This document shows, piece by piece, positions 12,430-25,641 of a DNA stretch of 47,929 nucleotides (its first letter is position 1; every line of letters begins with the position of its first letter). Location: positions 50,484,072 through 50,532,000 of the forward strand of contig NC_086114.1 in NCBI RefSeq assembly GCF_963921235.1, written 5' to 3'. This stretch comes from Mobula hypostoma. Its lineage: Eukaryota. The notes below the pieces were generated by a model that was not told where the DNA came from, ran no database searches, and saw only the letters and a program-made list of their open reading frames with translations. The position numbers were made by a program, and so were the translations under genes.

Positions 12430-14635
12430 ATGATGTGGTGCAACCGTGTTCAGCTTTGCCCGAAGCTGTGACCTTGCTGGATTGACTGGAGATTGAAAAG
12501 AAAGCGAGTCCTGATGCATTTATTAAAAAAAACATAGTGACTTATTGCTCCCTATAGAAAAGGTTGCTTGGGTTGTAAGTCCCAGAAGCCTTGATCATTC
12601 CATTTAAGCACTTATGCGAACAATGCAGAAATATGTTTGTAAGTTCAGAGAATTAGAACGTGACTTTATATCTTAACAGTGCACTTTCTAGAGATTTATT
12701 TGTGTCTGATGTATTAGTTTTTAGCCTTGCTGTGAGAATACAACTGAGCTACCCTAGATTGATTATCACTGTAAGGCTGATTGGGTCCTATTCAAAGGCT
12801 AAGCCCTCTGATCTCTGAAGCCAGATTTGTACAGGATTCTTTAGGAGGCTACTGCAGATTGAAACATTGACTGTTCCTGTAGGTTTTGCTTTAAGGCCAG
12901 CTGACATAACCTGGGTAGTCGGCTTTATGGCAGCTCTTCAAGGCACCTGATTGTGCACCGTCATTGTGGGATACCTCAGAACAAGGTTTACACCTATAGG
13001 AATGAAGCAGCTAGAAATTTGGAAAAACATTTCATTTCCATAAGGAACTGGGACAATGGGAATGAACTCCTTGTTTAATGCTCTGCTCCACATCAACCCA
13101 CACAACTTTTGGTTTCCCATCATTGCCGACAGCTAAATCCACTAATTAACAAACTTGTCATTTGGCTAAATATCTATGATCAGATTTTTGTTTGCCCGCA
13201 CAAGACGCTGACCCCAATTGGATCATAAGACCTTTCAATTTGTCCTTTCAGCCATTGATCTCTTAGGTGTTAGTAGTTAATTGAGGAAGGCATCAGCTTG
13301 TCTCCAGATGTGTTTGTTTGATAAGAAAACGGCCAGAACATTTTTGGCAATTTAATAAAATGATAACCTCGAGAGTTAGTGTATTGTCAAGGAGCCAATG
13401 TGGTTCTCTTAACTTTTTCCCAATGCTGCCCTGGCGTTACCTGAGTAAAGGAACTTTAAAAGAGACAATCACCAAAGTAGGTGACCATTATTTAAAGTAA
13501 AGCAATTGAATAATTGTGATTTCCCTTTATCAGAGCTGTGCTTTGGTGTTATGTGTTACCATGATGGCTTTTGAACTCTGACTTGGAAACATTAAACTGG
13601 TGATGTTTGGCTCTGCCCAGAACCAGTTTTGTATAGACTGCAGAGCCGCTTGGGTAGAAATAGGCTACTTACTCTCTTGTGGTTTGGCATCCGATGGGCT
13701 GTGATTTCCAGACAGACTACAGCAAGCTTTGCTCTTCAGCAGCTTGCACTGTGGTAGCTGGATGAATGTTTAACTTGGACACTGGCTGCCCAGAATATTC
13801 AGGTGTACTCACTGATCCCTTTACCTGAGCACAAAGAATCACCAGAATCCTTCTCCGAAATGAAGCAGTATCCCTCTGCCATCATTTTACGATTCTGTGG
13901 ATGAACTAAGGTTTCCCAGATTTGAAAACTTTCCAAAAGTGTAAAAACATTTATTAGCTTATTTTCAAATGCAAAGTCCAACACTTGATCATAGATTGTG
14001 GGCTGAATTGTAAATCGAGCACACAGAATAATAGTTCAGCCCTTGCTTTCGAGTTTAATTTGAAATCATTGGGTTAGCCACATTTAAAATACTTGTGCTA
14101 GCCTGGGGGAGGTAGGAGCCTAGGCTACAAATTTCAGGAACATAGCAACAGAACAGGTGTATTGAGTTCTACATCTGTTGGACATCAAACAACCTGAACT
14201 TTGCCAATGAAGTTTAATAAGAGAATGTCCATTGCAAATCAAGATACAGGTTGTGAGGGATTTGTTTACATGTGTTAAATAAAGTTGCAAAAGAAAGCTC
14301 AAAAGAAATTTAACTTTGAATATGTCGTTTACTTTGTGATATTTATCAATGTATTTTGCAGAAACTCTGTGAAATGAGTGATATTGTACTTTTTCTTAAT
14401 GAGCAACTGTAACATGCAGTATTGTAATTGGTAGCATTTTTATCCAGTTTCCCAACTAGTGTGATCATACGGTTGAGTACAATTGAAGATTTTTTGCGTA
14501 CTGCAATCTGCCAGCGGATTTATGCTATGTACAGATTTGTTCTTTAGGTCTTCAGCACGAATGCTGAGAAATTGTTTTTGCAGCCTAACTGGGATTCAGG
14601 TTAAGAACCGTGCAGCTAATTAATGGCAGCATGTA

Positions 14636-14654
14636 AATAAATTGTGAAAATAAA
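14636..14654 (+). terminator. Candidate COMMD4 polyadenylation signals (AATAAA at 14636 and 14649; others at 13354 and 14278)
   Basis: Two close AATAAA hexamers followed by GT/T-rich sequence, at the end of a ~2.2-kb stretch with no recognisable transposon after the stop codon. Confidence 0.5.
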
Positions 14655-15814
14655 GTTTTAAGTTTGTCAGAACTGGGGTTAATTATGTTAGATAGGTTTC
14701 TTTGATTGCTGTAAAACCTTGATGTTTAGTCATAATCCCCTGGATGGTAACTTCACACCATTAGCTCTTCAGCCAAGCACGTACACCAAATATCTGAACC
14801 CGTGATTCCTCAAATACTGAGCCGGATTACTGTTGCAACCACACATCACCATACAGTAAAGATGACCTGTCTCACAGTGATCTCAGCAAGTTATAACAGT
14901 CCAGATGAAAGGTCTTGACATAAAACGTTGACTCTTCATTTTCCTTCACACATGCTGTCTGAACTACTGAGTTCTTCCAGTAGTTTTTTTGTTCAGGTTC
15001 CAACTTCTGCAGACTCTTGTCTCCATAACGTTCACTTTGACCAGATTCCAGTTTATGCCTCCAAATGTGGATCCTTTTATTCCACCCAGTTGCGAATACA
15101 CAGTTAGGTTCTTTGAATTCCAAATTGAATTGATGTCAGGTAATTCAGCAGAAACCACCACTAAGATCTAAGCTTTAAATTGGCACCAAGGTGCAAGAGC
15201 TTTTTACTCCCAACGTACCCTAACATTTAACTGGTCGATTACAAGACTTTTGTGTGCAAATTAGCTGTGGAGGATTCACATGTAAATCACAAATGACTGC
15301 ATATTTAAAATACAATTCCCACCATCTGTGTGTAATCAGTGTTAAACAAATTATCCAATAACCCTATTGCAGACAGAATACAAGTAAACATGAGTAGCCA
15401 CTCGGCCCCTCAAGGCTGATTTATCATTCATTGGGATCATGTCTGATCTGCTTGAAGCTTCAACTCTTCTGTGCCAGCTCCCCACAGTCCTTAACCCCTT
15501 GAACTTCTAAAAGTTTATCCTCCGTCTGCTCCAATGAACTAGCCTCTATCTCACGGGTCGAAAATTACAAAGATTCATTGTCATCAGAAGGATTTCTGGT
15601 TCATTTCAATTTTAAATGACTATCCTTTATCTTGTAACTAGGTCCCTTGTTCAAGATCCACACTCTAGTGAAAGCCTCTCAACATTCACTTTGTTATGCC
15701 TTCTTGGGATCTTTGTTTCAATGAAATCACCTCCCATTCTCAATACCAAGGAATTGGGAACAGCTGGCATCTTCATTTTCTCACCGACCCAGAGACTCTA
15801 GTTCAGTTCATTTA

Positions 15815-16205
15815 TTATATTTATTGACTTACAGTGCGGAATAGGCCCCTCCAGACCTTCAAGCCGAGCTGCCCAACAACCCCCGATTTAACCCGAGCCT
15901 CATCACGGGACAATTTATAATGACCAATTAACCTATCAACCAGTAAGTATTTGGACTGAGGCTACGTCCACACTAGACCGGATAAATCTGTAACCGAAGC
16001 TTTTTCTCTTCGTTTTGACCCTCCGTCCACACTGAAACAGCTTTTTCCTCCCCCGAAAATGGAGCTTTTCAAAAACGCGAGGAAACAGGAGCACCTGATG
16101 GAAACCTCCCGGGGAGAAGGCACAAATTCCTTACAGACAGTGGCGGAAATTGAACCCAGCTTGCTTATTCTGTACAGTGTTGTGCTGACCACTATGCTAC
16201 CGTGC
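15815..16205 (-). mobile_element. tRNA-derived SINE with an inserted ~120-bp DNA-transposon end (ggctacgtccacact..., ~15960-16078, possibly PIF/Harbinger)
   Basis: Colinear with the SINE at 10660-10930 except for the inserted block; reverse B-box attgaaccc. Confidence 0.55.
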
Positions 16206-16359
16206 TGCCAATTCCTTCTGTGAGGTGTTTGTGTGGCCTTCCCATTTCTGACTCGATGCCCTAATTGCTCTGGTAAATTCTCATTCCAGAAAACATGGTT
16301 TGGTAGGTTAACTGGCATTGAGACTGGTATATCAGTGAGTGGATAATAAGTAGTTCAGA

Positions 16360-16842
16360 TCCACACAGAAAATGCAGGAGGAATTCAGCAGATCAAGCAA
16401 CACCTACAGGAAGAATAAAAAGTCGGTGTTTTGGGCTGAGACCCTTCCTCAGGAATGGAAAAGAAGAGGGGAAGAAGCCAGAATAAGATGAGGGGATGGG
16501 AAGGAGAACAAGCTGGCAGGTGATAAGTGAAGCCAGGTGAAGGGGAAGATGGGTGGGTGGGGGGATGAATAACAAGCTGAAAGTTTACAGAAAAGGGAAA
16601 GGGCTAAAGAAGAAGAGATCGACAGGAGCGGAGAGTGGACCATGGGAGAAAGGGAAGGAGAAGGGGGACCAGAGAGAGTCGAGAGGCAGGATAGGCTTTC
16701 ATTTCCGATACTGATGAAGGGTCTTGGCCCAAAACGTCAACTGTTAATTGCTCTCCTTAGATGCCGTATGACCTGAGTTCCTCCATCATATTCTCTGTGT
16801 TGCTCTGGGTTTTCAGCATCTGCAGAATCTCTTGTGTTTATG
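16360..16842. mobile_element. Two Penelope-derived terminal-repeat fragments in inverted orientation
   Basis: 16360-16690 resembles 40510-40920. 16700-16842 is the same terminus reversed. Confidence 0.7.
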
Positions 16843-17370
16843 TACAGATCCAAATTCTTTAACTGCTTGTGATAAGATGACCGTCTCATCCCGGGAATTA
16901 GCTCATCTGGAATGCTGGTATATCCTCTAAATAAGGAAGTCAAAACTGTGCACAGTACTCCAGAAGCAGTGCCACCCACACCTTGCACAATTGTGATGAT
17001 ACTTCTCTATTTCCAAACTTGCAGCAAAGGCCAATATTCCATTTGCCTTCCAAATGACTTGTGGCATTAAAATTACCCAGGGCAACGCTGATATCTGTAT
17101 ACGCTGTAAAAATCCACTTACTTTTTCTAAACCCCAGCGGATACAAGCCTAACCACTGTAAACTTTCTTCATAAGGCTATCCACACATCCCAGGTATTCC
17201 GTCGGTAAACTTGAGAGAAAGTTCTTCCAATTTGCTGACCTCCTTTAAATAAGGTGACTAGTGTTATACATGGTATTCCAATTTATAATGAAATTCTGTC
17301 CTAGTCACATGCTCTGTAATCTTTCTCCATTCATTTGTTCCTCATCAACATTCTCATACTGTGAACTAAC

Positions 17371-18924
17371 TGTTGTGAGTGTCAGTGAAAGCCACTGGAG
17401 AGAGACACAGCTGGTAGTATAGAAGTCTTTATTAGGATCACACAAGCAGACTGTATTTGGAGTCATTCTGAGGAGGGGCTCTCTGAACCAACATCACATC
17501 ACATTTTTATATGCTAAAGATCAAATGTAATAGCAAGACAATTTCAATAGCCACTGCTCTACATACCATCTTTACACATCTGGAGAAGAAGGATGCTTAT
17601 GTGAGAAATGCTGTTCTTCGACTACAGTTCAGCATTCAACAACATAGTTCCATCCAGCCTCGACAAGCTCAGAGACCTCGGCCTTGACCCTGCCTTGTGC
17701 AGCTGGATCCTGGAATTCCTGTTAGATCACAAGCAGGTTTTAAGAGTGAGGTCCCTCACCTCCAACCCTCTGACTTTCAATACCTCAGGGCTGTGTACTG
17801 AGTCCCCTCCTTTACTCCCTGTATACCCATGACTGTATCACCACCCACAGCTCCAATCTGCTAATTAAATTTGCTGACATCACTACATTGATTGGCCTTA
17901 ACTCAAACAATAACGAGGCGGCCTACAGGGAAGAAGTCATCTCTCTGACACAGCGGTGTCAGGAAAACAACCTCTACCTCAATGTCGCAAAAACAAAGGA
18001 GCTGGTTGTGGATTACAGGAGGAATGGAGACGGGCTAACCCCTATTGACATTAATGGATCTGGGGCTGAGAGGGTAAACAGCTTCAAATTCCTAGGCATC
18101 CACATCACTGAGGATTTCACGTGGTCTGTACACACCAGCTGTGTGGTGAAAAAGGCACAACAGCACCTCTTTCACCACAGACTGTTGAGGAAGTTTGGTA
18201 TTGGCCCCCAAATCCTAAGGACTTTCTACAGGGACACAATTGTGAGCATCCTGACTGGCTGCATCACTGTCTGGTATGGGAATTGTACCTCCCTTAATCA
18301 CAGGATTCTGCGGAGAATGGTGCGGACAGCCCAGAGCATCTGCAGTTGTGAACTTCCCATGATTCAGGACATTTACAAGGATGGGTGTGAAAAAAAGGGC
18401 CTGTAGGATCATTGGGGACCCGAGTCACCCCCAACCACAATCTATTCTAGCTGCTATCATCCGGGAAACAGTACCACAGCATGAAAGCCAGGACCAACAG
18501 GCTCCGGGACAGCTTCTTCCACCAGGCCGTCAGACTGTTTAACTCACACTGATTTGAGTGTATTTCTATGTTACATTGACTGTTCTATTTATCATAAATT
18601 ATTATAAATTACTATCATTGCACATTTAGATGGAGACATTAAAGATTTTTACTCATGTATGTGAAGGATGTAAGAAATAAAAGTCAATTCATTTGCTATA
18701 TTCTATAACTCTATAATGTGCCCTAGAACTAATATTTCACAATTTCATCTTTTCAATAGAAATTCTTCATTTGTTTATTTACATGGGGAGAAAATAATGG
18801 AACGGGTGCATATAAATGTTAAGAGTAGGATTACTTTTCAAGCAAGCCCAGGCTACATACATTACCTTGTATTCTTTAAAGTGCCAGCTATTCTCAACAA
18901 TTATACCCTCCCTGCCCCCTAACA
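17371..18924 (-). mobile_element. Candidate old solo LTR split by a Rex1/Babar insertion
   Basis: TGTTG...TAACA termini. Minus-strand TATAAAAA (~17503-17510) then AATAAA (~17430) in U3-R-U5 order. No TSD seen. Confidence 0.4.
17549..18692 (+). mobile_element. Rex1/Babar-clade LINE, 5'-truncated RT and 3' UTR
   Basis: MLFFDYSSAFN, LNVAKTKELVVDYRR, FKFLGIHI, SILTGCITVWYG motifs; tail aataaaagtcaattc. Confidence 0.88.
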
Positions 18925-20229
18925 TTTGTTTACCTCACCATCCATCCCCCGTGCTGATAACGACATCCTTTTGCACAAAGTTAACTTGTAGTATTTTTAT
19001 ATCTTGAACTGTAGTACCACCACAAATTTCATGCCATGCATCAGTGATAATGAACCTGATTCTGATCTGTACTGGCCAGTGGTCTTTGGAAGCCTTCTCG
19101 GCATAGAAAGGTCCCATAAAGATGATGTATGGATTGGTATGTTGTGTGCTGCCCCCAGCACATCTCGGACTGTGTTGGTTGTTGACACAGACAATACATT
19201 TCACTTTATGCTTCAATGCCCCTGTGACAAAGAAAGCTAATCTTATCTTAATGAGATGAATTGCTAGTTAATGTGCATCAGCCGTTGAGGCTTCATGTTA
19301 AATATTGGATAGGAAGAACTCAATCCTCATTGGTAAGTAGCACAGTTGGTTCCTTGGTACACTAGGAATTGCTCTTGGAGTGTCCTGGAGTCTCCAATGA
19401 TTACAGCTGAATTCCCAGATAAACAACCTATCCTCATCTGCCAGCTTCATTATCATTAAGGTTTTACTGAATCCCTGGCACCCTCTTCATCCAATTGGTG
19501 TGGAAATTATTGGCCTGTTCATACTTGGAGGGTCATATCCTGATCTTTTTGCATTGATCACTCCTAAATCAGCAGCAGGGTACTCAGTTCAAAGTTCAAA
19601 GTAAAGTTGTTATCACAGTACATATACGTCACCATATACGACTCTGAGATTCATTTTCTTTCAGGCACTCAATAAATCCACAGAATAATAACCAAAATGA
19701 AATAAGTGAAAGGTCACACCAACTTGGGCTTCAATCAGTGTCAAAAAGATAACAAACTGTAGAAATACAAAAGGAAGAAATAATAATAATAAAAAATAAA
19801 TAAACATAAAATATTGAGAACATGAGATAAAAAGTCCTTGAAAGTGAGTCCATCGGTTGTGGGAACACTTCAATGAGGGGGCAAGTAAAGTTGAGTGAAA
19901 TTATCTCCTTTGGTTCAAGAGCCTGATTATTATGGCATTTATACCCTGTGTTTATATATGTCCTTAACAATAAACTTGAACTGCATAAATCCCACGTTCT
20001 TCAATTTCCTTACTATTCAATATATCTCTGTTTTGAATAGATTTGCCTGAATATATCTTTCATCTTTAGCCAGCAAGCTTCTCTTGGAACTCTCACTGAT
20101 GAAACCCATTTTAACCAATGTCCACACAGCCAGGCAGTGCAGGGACCGAGATCTGTGCCTTAACACCACATACATCAGTCCTGTGACAAATCCAACCCCC
20201 CCTCATATCCGCACTAAGCTGTTCAGAGT

Positions 20230-21375
20230 CTGAATCTGGCTTACTGCCACTGCCTTATATGACATTAAATTTGTTGTTTTGCATCAGCAATACAGTGCAA
20301 GACAAAATTTCTACAAATTACAAAATGAGTAAGTACAAAAAGAAAGAATCAAGTAGTGTTGATAGGTTTGTGGACTGTTCAGAAATCCGATGGCAGAATC
20401 ATTAGGTGTGGGTTTTCAAGCTCCCAATGGTGCTAACGAGAAGAGGGCATGTCCCAGATGGTTAGGATCCTTAACGATGGATGAAGTGGAACCTTTTGAA
20501 GTACACCTCGATCCTCAATGGCGGGGAGGGTTGTGCCTATGATGGAACTGGCTGAGTCTACAAACCTCAGCAGCCTCTTAGAATCCTGCGCATTTGAGCC
20601 TCCATACCAGGTAGTGGAACAACCAGTCAGAATACTCTCCAACACACATCTGAAGAAATTTTCAAGAGTCTTTGATGACATAACCAAATTTCCCATTACT
20701 CCTAATTTAATAGAACCACGAGTTTGCTTTCTTCATGATTGCATCAATGTGTTGGGCCCGAGCCAGGTCCTCCGAGATGTTAACTCCCAGGAATTTGAAG
20801 CTGTTTACCCTTCCGTCACTGACCACTCAGTGAGGACTGTTTTGTGTTCTCCCAACTTCACCTCCCAGCCATCCGGAATCAGAATCAGAATAAGGTTTAA
20901 TATCACTAGAATATATAATAAAATTTGTTGTTTTGGGGCAGCAGTACTTTGAAACGCATAATAAAAAAACATAAGTTATAATAAGTATAAATAAAAATTA
21001 AATTAAGTAGTGCAAAAAGAACCAGAAAACAAGGTTAGATAGTGTTCATGGGTTCATTGTCCATTCAGAAATCTGATGGCAGAGGGGAAGAAGCTATTCC
21101 TGAAACGTTGAGTGTGTGTTTTCAGGCTCCTGAACTTCCTCTTTGACAGTAGAAATGAGAAGAGGGCATCTCCTGGGTGAAGGGGTGGTCCTTGATGATG
21201 GCTTCCACCTTTTTGAGGCATCATACTTTACAAGTGTCATCGACGCTAGGGAGACTGGCTCCCATGATCGAGCTGCCTGAGTTTAAAACCTTCTGCAGCT
21301 CTTTCCAGTGCTGTGCAGTGACCCCTCCATACCACAGGGTGATGCAGTAACCAGCTAGAAAGCTCTCCACAATGT
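20230..21375 (-). mobile_element. Two tandem antisense Rex1/Babar 3' fragments
   Basis: Minus-strand ESILTGCSTTWYGG and CITLWYGG motifs; (aatcag)n tail at ~20877-20890. Confidence 0.8.
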
Positions 21376-21384
21376 TTTCCATCG

Positions 21385-24300
21385 GGATGCAGCTCCTTAG
21401 AGACCATGTTAAGGAACTGGAGCTGCACCTCGATGACCTCCAGCTCATAGGAGAGAATGAGGAGGTGATAGATGGGAGCTACAGGGAGGTAGTCACCCTA
21501 AATTATGGGAGACAGGTGCCTGGGTGACTGTCCGGAGAGGGAAAGGGAATAGGCAGCCAATGCAGAGTACTCCTCTGGTGGTTCCCCTTAATCATAAGTA
21601 TACTGCTTTAGGTACTGACGGTGGGGTGGGGGTTGGGGGGGGGTGACCAGGTCTCTGGCACCGAGCATAGCACAGAAGGGAAGGGGAAGAAGAGGACTGC
21701 AGTAATGATAACGGATTTCATATTTAGGGGGGCAGAAAGCACATTATGTGGATGTGAAAGAAACACCCACATGGTATGTTGTGTCGCAGGTGCCGGAGTC
21801 AGGGATCTCTCGGATTGAGTCCATGACACTTTTAATGAGGGAGGGTGAACAGCCAAAGGTCATAGTACCAATGACAAAGAACTCCTGATGAGAAAATATA
21901 GGGAGTTAGGGAGAAAACTGAAAAGTAGAACCCCCTGGGTAGTAATCTCTGGATTGCTGCCTGTGCTATGTGCCAAATAGAGTAAGAATGGGATGATTTG
22001 GCAAAATAATGTGTGGTTGAAGAAATGATTCAGATTTCTGGATCATTTGGGATCTCTTCTGGGGAAGGTATAACTTGTACAAAAATGACGGGTTATATCT
22101 AAACCCGAGGGGGGGCAATGTCCTTGCCGGCAGGTTTGCTTGAGCTGTTTTAAAGGGGAGGGTTTAAACTAATTTGGCAGGAGGATGGGAACTGGAGAGA
22201 TAGGGCTGAGGATGGGGCAGATGGTATATAACTAGATGCAGTGTGTAGTGAGACTGTGAGGAAGGACAAGCAGATGATAGGGCAAAATTGCAGTCAGTGG
22301 GATGTGGTGAAATGTAACGGAGGGCCAAAATCAAAAAGGGTGATGAATGCAGCACTGAAGGTGTTGGATTTAAATACACACAGTATATGGAATAAGGTAG
22401 ATGATCATGTAGTACAGTTAGAGGTAGGCAGATATGATGTTGTGGGCATCTCTGTGTTGTGGCTGAAAGAAGATCATAGTTGGGAGCATAATACCCAAGG
22501 ATACACATTGTATCAAAAGGACAGGCAGGTAGGCAGAGGGGGTGAGTGGCTCTATTGATAAAAAAATTAAATCAAATCCTTAGAAAGAGGTAACAGTGGA
22601 TCAGAATATGTAGAATCCTTGTAGGTAGGGTTAAGAAACTGCAAGGGTTAAAAAAAAACTGATGTAAGTTATATAGAGGCCTCTGAACAGTAGTCAGGAT
22701 GTGGGCTGCAAATTACAACAGGAGATAGAAAAGGTATGTAAAAAGTGCAATGTTGTGGTAATCATGGGGGATTTCAATATACAAATTGATTGGGAAAATC
22801 TGGTTGGTGCTGGATCCCAAGAGAGGGAATCTGTAGAATGCCTATGAGAGTGGCTTTTGAGAGCAACTTGTGGATGAAGCCACTAGGGGAATGGCAATTC
22901 TGGATTGGGTGTTACGTAATGACCCAGGTTTGATTAGGAAGCTTAAGGTAAAGGAACCCTGAGGAGGCAGTGATCATAATATGATAGAGTTTGAGAAGAA
23001 GAAGATAAAATCTGATGTAGCAGTATTACAGTGGAGTAAAGGGAATTACAAAGACATGAGAGGGGAACTGTTCAAAGTTGATTGGAAGGTGACATTAGCA
23101 GGGATGATGCCAGGACAGCTAGTGTTTCTGGGACAAATTTGTAATTCGCAGGAAAGGTATATCCCAAAGGTGATGAAGCATTCTAAAAGAAGGAAGGGAC
23201 AACAGTGGCTGATGACAGGAGTCAAAGACAGCATGAAAGCTAAAGAAAGGGCACATGGTATAGCAAAAATTAGTGAGAAGGTTGAGGATTGGGAAGGCAA
23301 CTAAAAAACCACAAAGAGAGAAAAAATGAAATATGAGGGTAAATTAGCCAATAATATGAAAGAGGATACCAAGAATTTTTTAAGATATATAAGGAATAAA
23401 AGAGAGACGAAAGTGGATGTGGGACTGTTGGAAAATGACACTGGAGAGATAGTGAGGGAGAACAAAGAAATGGCAGAGGAACTTAATAAGTATATTTGCA
23501 TCAGTCTTCACTACACTCTTTAAGAAGGGAGGGAAGCAGAAGAAAAAGAGAAACGAAGTTAGCCTGACTTCAGTGGTTGGAAAAATGTTGGCGTCTATTA
23601 TTAAGGATGAGGTTTCAGGGTACTTGGAGGCACATGATTAAACAGGCCAAAGTCAGCATGATTTTCTAAAGGGGAAATCATGCCTGACAAATCTGTTGGA
23701 ATTTTTTGAGGAAATAACATGCAAGGTAGACCAAGGAGAGTTAGTGGATGTTGTTTATTTGGATTTTCAGAAGGCCTTTGACAAGGCACTGCACATGAGG
23801 TTGCTTAACAAAATAAGAGCCCGTGGTATTACAGGAAAGGGACTAGCATGGTTAGAAGTTGCTGACCAGTTGGAGGCAAAGAGTGGGAATAAAGGGGGCC
23901 TTTTCTTGTTGGCTGCCGGTGAATGGTAGTGTGCTGCAGAGGTTAGTGTTGGGACCACTTCTTTTCACATTGTATGTCAATAATTTGGATCAAGGAATTG
24001 ATGGCGTTGTGGCCAAATTTGTAGACGATGCCAACATAGGCTGAGAGGTAGATGGTGCTGAGGAAACAGGATGTCTGCAGAAGGATTGAGGGAATGGGCA
24101 AAGAAATAGCAGATGATGCAGGGAAGTTCATGGGGACTTTGGCAGAAGGAATAAAGGTGTGGACTATTTTGTAACTGGAGAAAAAATTCAAAAATCAGAG
24201 GTATCGAGGGACTTATGAGTCCTTATGCATGATTCCCTCAGGTTAACTTGCAGGTTGAGTCAGTGGTAAGGAAGGCAAATGCAATATCAGCATTCATTTC

Positions 24301-25640
24301 GAGAGGACTAGAATACAAAAGCAAGAATATAATGCTGGGGCTTTCTAAGGCATTGGTCAGACCGTATTTGGAGTATTGTGAGCAATTTTGTGCCCTTATC
24401 TATGGCATTGCAGAGAGCCAGAGGAAGTTCACAAGAATGACCCCAGTAATGAAGGGTTAACATAGTGTGGAGGGCTGTCAGAGGTTACAACGGGACATTG
24501 ATAGGATGCAAAATTGGGCTGAGAAGTGGCAGATAGAGTTCAATCCAGATAAGTGTGAGGTGGTTCATTTTGGTAGGTCAAATATGATGACGGAATATAG
24601 CATTAATGGTAAGACTCTTGGCAGTGTGGAGGATCAGAGGGATCTTGGGGTCCGAGTCCATAGGACACTCAAAGCTGCTACGCAGGTTGACTCTGTGGTT
24701 TAGAAGGCATACGGTGCATTGGCCTTCATCAATCGTGGGATTGAGTTTAGGAGCCAAGAGGTAATGTTGCAGTTATATAGGACCCTGGTCAGACCCCACT
24801 TGGAGCACTGTGCTCAGTTCTAGTCGCCTCACTACAGGAAGGATGTGGAAACTATAGAAAGGGTGCAGTGGAGATTAACAAGGATGTTGCCTGGATTGGG
24901 GAGCATGCCTTATGAAAATAGGTTGAGTGAACTCAGCCTTTTCTCCTTGGAGCGACGGAGGATGAGAGGTGACTTGATAGAGGTGTACAAGATAATGACA
25001 GGTATTGATCGTGTGGATAGTCAGAGGCTTTTCCCCAGGGCTGAAATGGCTAGCACAAGAAGGCATACTTTTAAGGTGCTTGGAAGTAGGTACATAGGAG
25101 ATGTCAGAGGTAAGTTTTTTACGTAGAGAGTGGTGAGTGCATGGAGTGGGCTGCCTGCGACGGTGGTGGAGGCGGAAACGATAGGGTCTTTTAAGAGACT
25201 CCTGGATGGGTAAATGGAGCTTAGAAAAACAGAAGGCTATGGGTAAAGCCTAGTAGTTCTAAGGTAGGGTTATGTTTGGCACAGCTTTGTGGGCCGAAGG
25301 GCCTGTATCATGCTGTAGGTTTTCTGTGTTTCTAACATATGAGGAACGTTTGATGCCTCTGGGCCTGTACTCACCGGAGCTTAGAATAATGTGGGGGGTG
25401 GGGGGACTCATTGAAACCACCCATCAAATATTGAAAGGTCTGGATAGAATGGACGTGAAGAGAATGTTTCCTATAGTGGGGGCACAGAGGGCGCAGGCTC
25501 AGAACGAGGGGAGTCCATTTAGAAAAAAGATGAGGAAAAATTTCTTTAGCCAGAAGGTGGTGAACACAGCTGTGTAGGCCAAGTCATTGGTTATATTTAA
25601 GGTGCAAGTTGATATATTCTTGATTAATTAGGGTGTCAAA
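21385..25640 (+). mobile_element. Near full-length decayed CR1 LINE (ORF1 esterase-like domain, APE endonuclease, RT)
   Basis: ORF1 remnant RTAVMITDFIFRG...VCCVAGAGVRD. EN remnants YDVVGIS, IMGDFN, SDHNMI. RT VYLDFQKAFDK and KFVDD. Many stops and frameshifts. Confidence 0.9.
24465..25332 (+). mobile_element. Younger CR1 3' fragment nested in the older CR1, TSD TAACATA
   Basis: TAACATA at 24458-24464 and 25333-25339. Closely similar to 9469-10340. Confidence 0.92.
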
Positions 25641-25641
25641 G

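Noticed and set aside
12174-12485. 103-aa ORF overlapping the last COMMD4 exon
   Set aside because: Different frame from COMMD4, non-ATG start and no recognisable homology.
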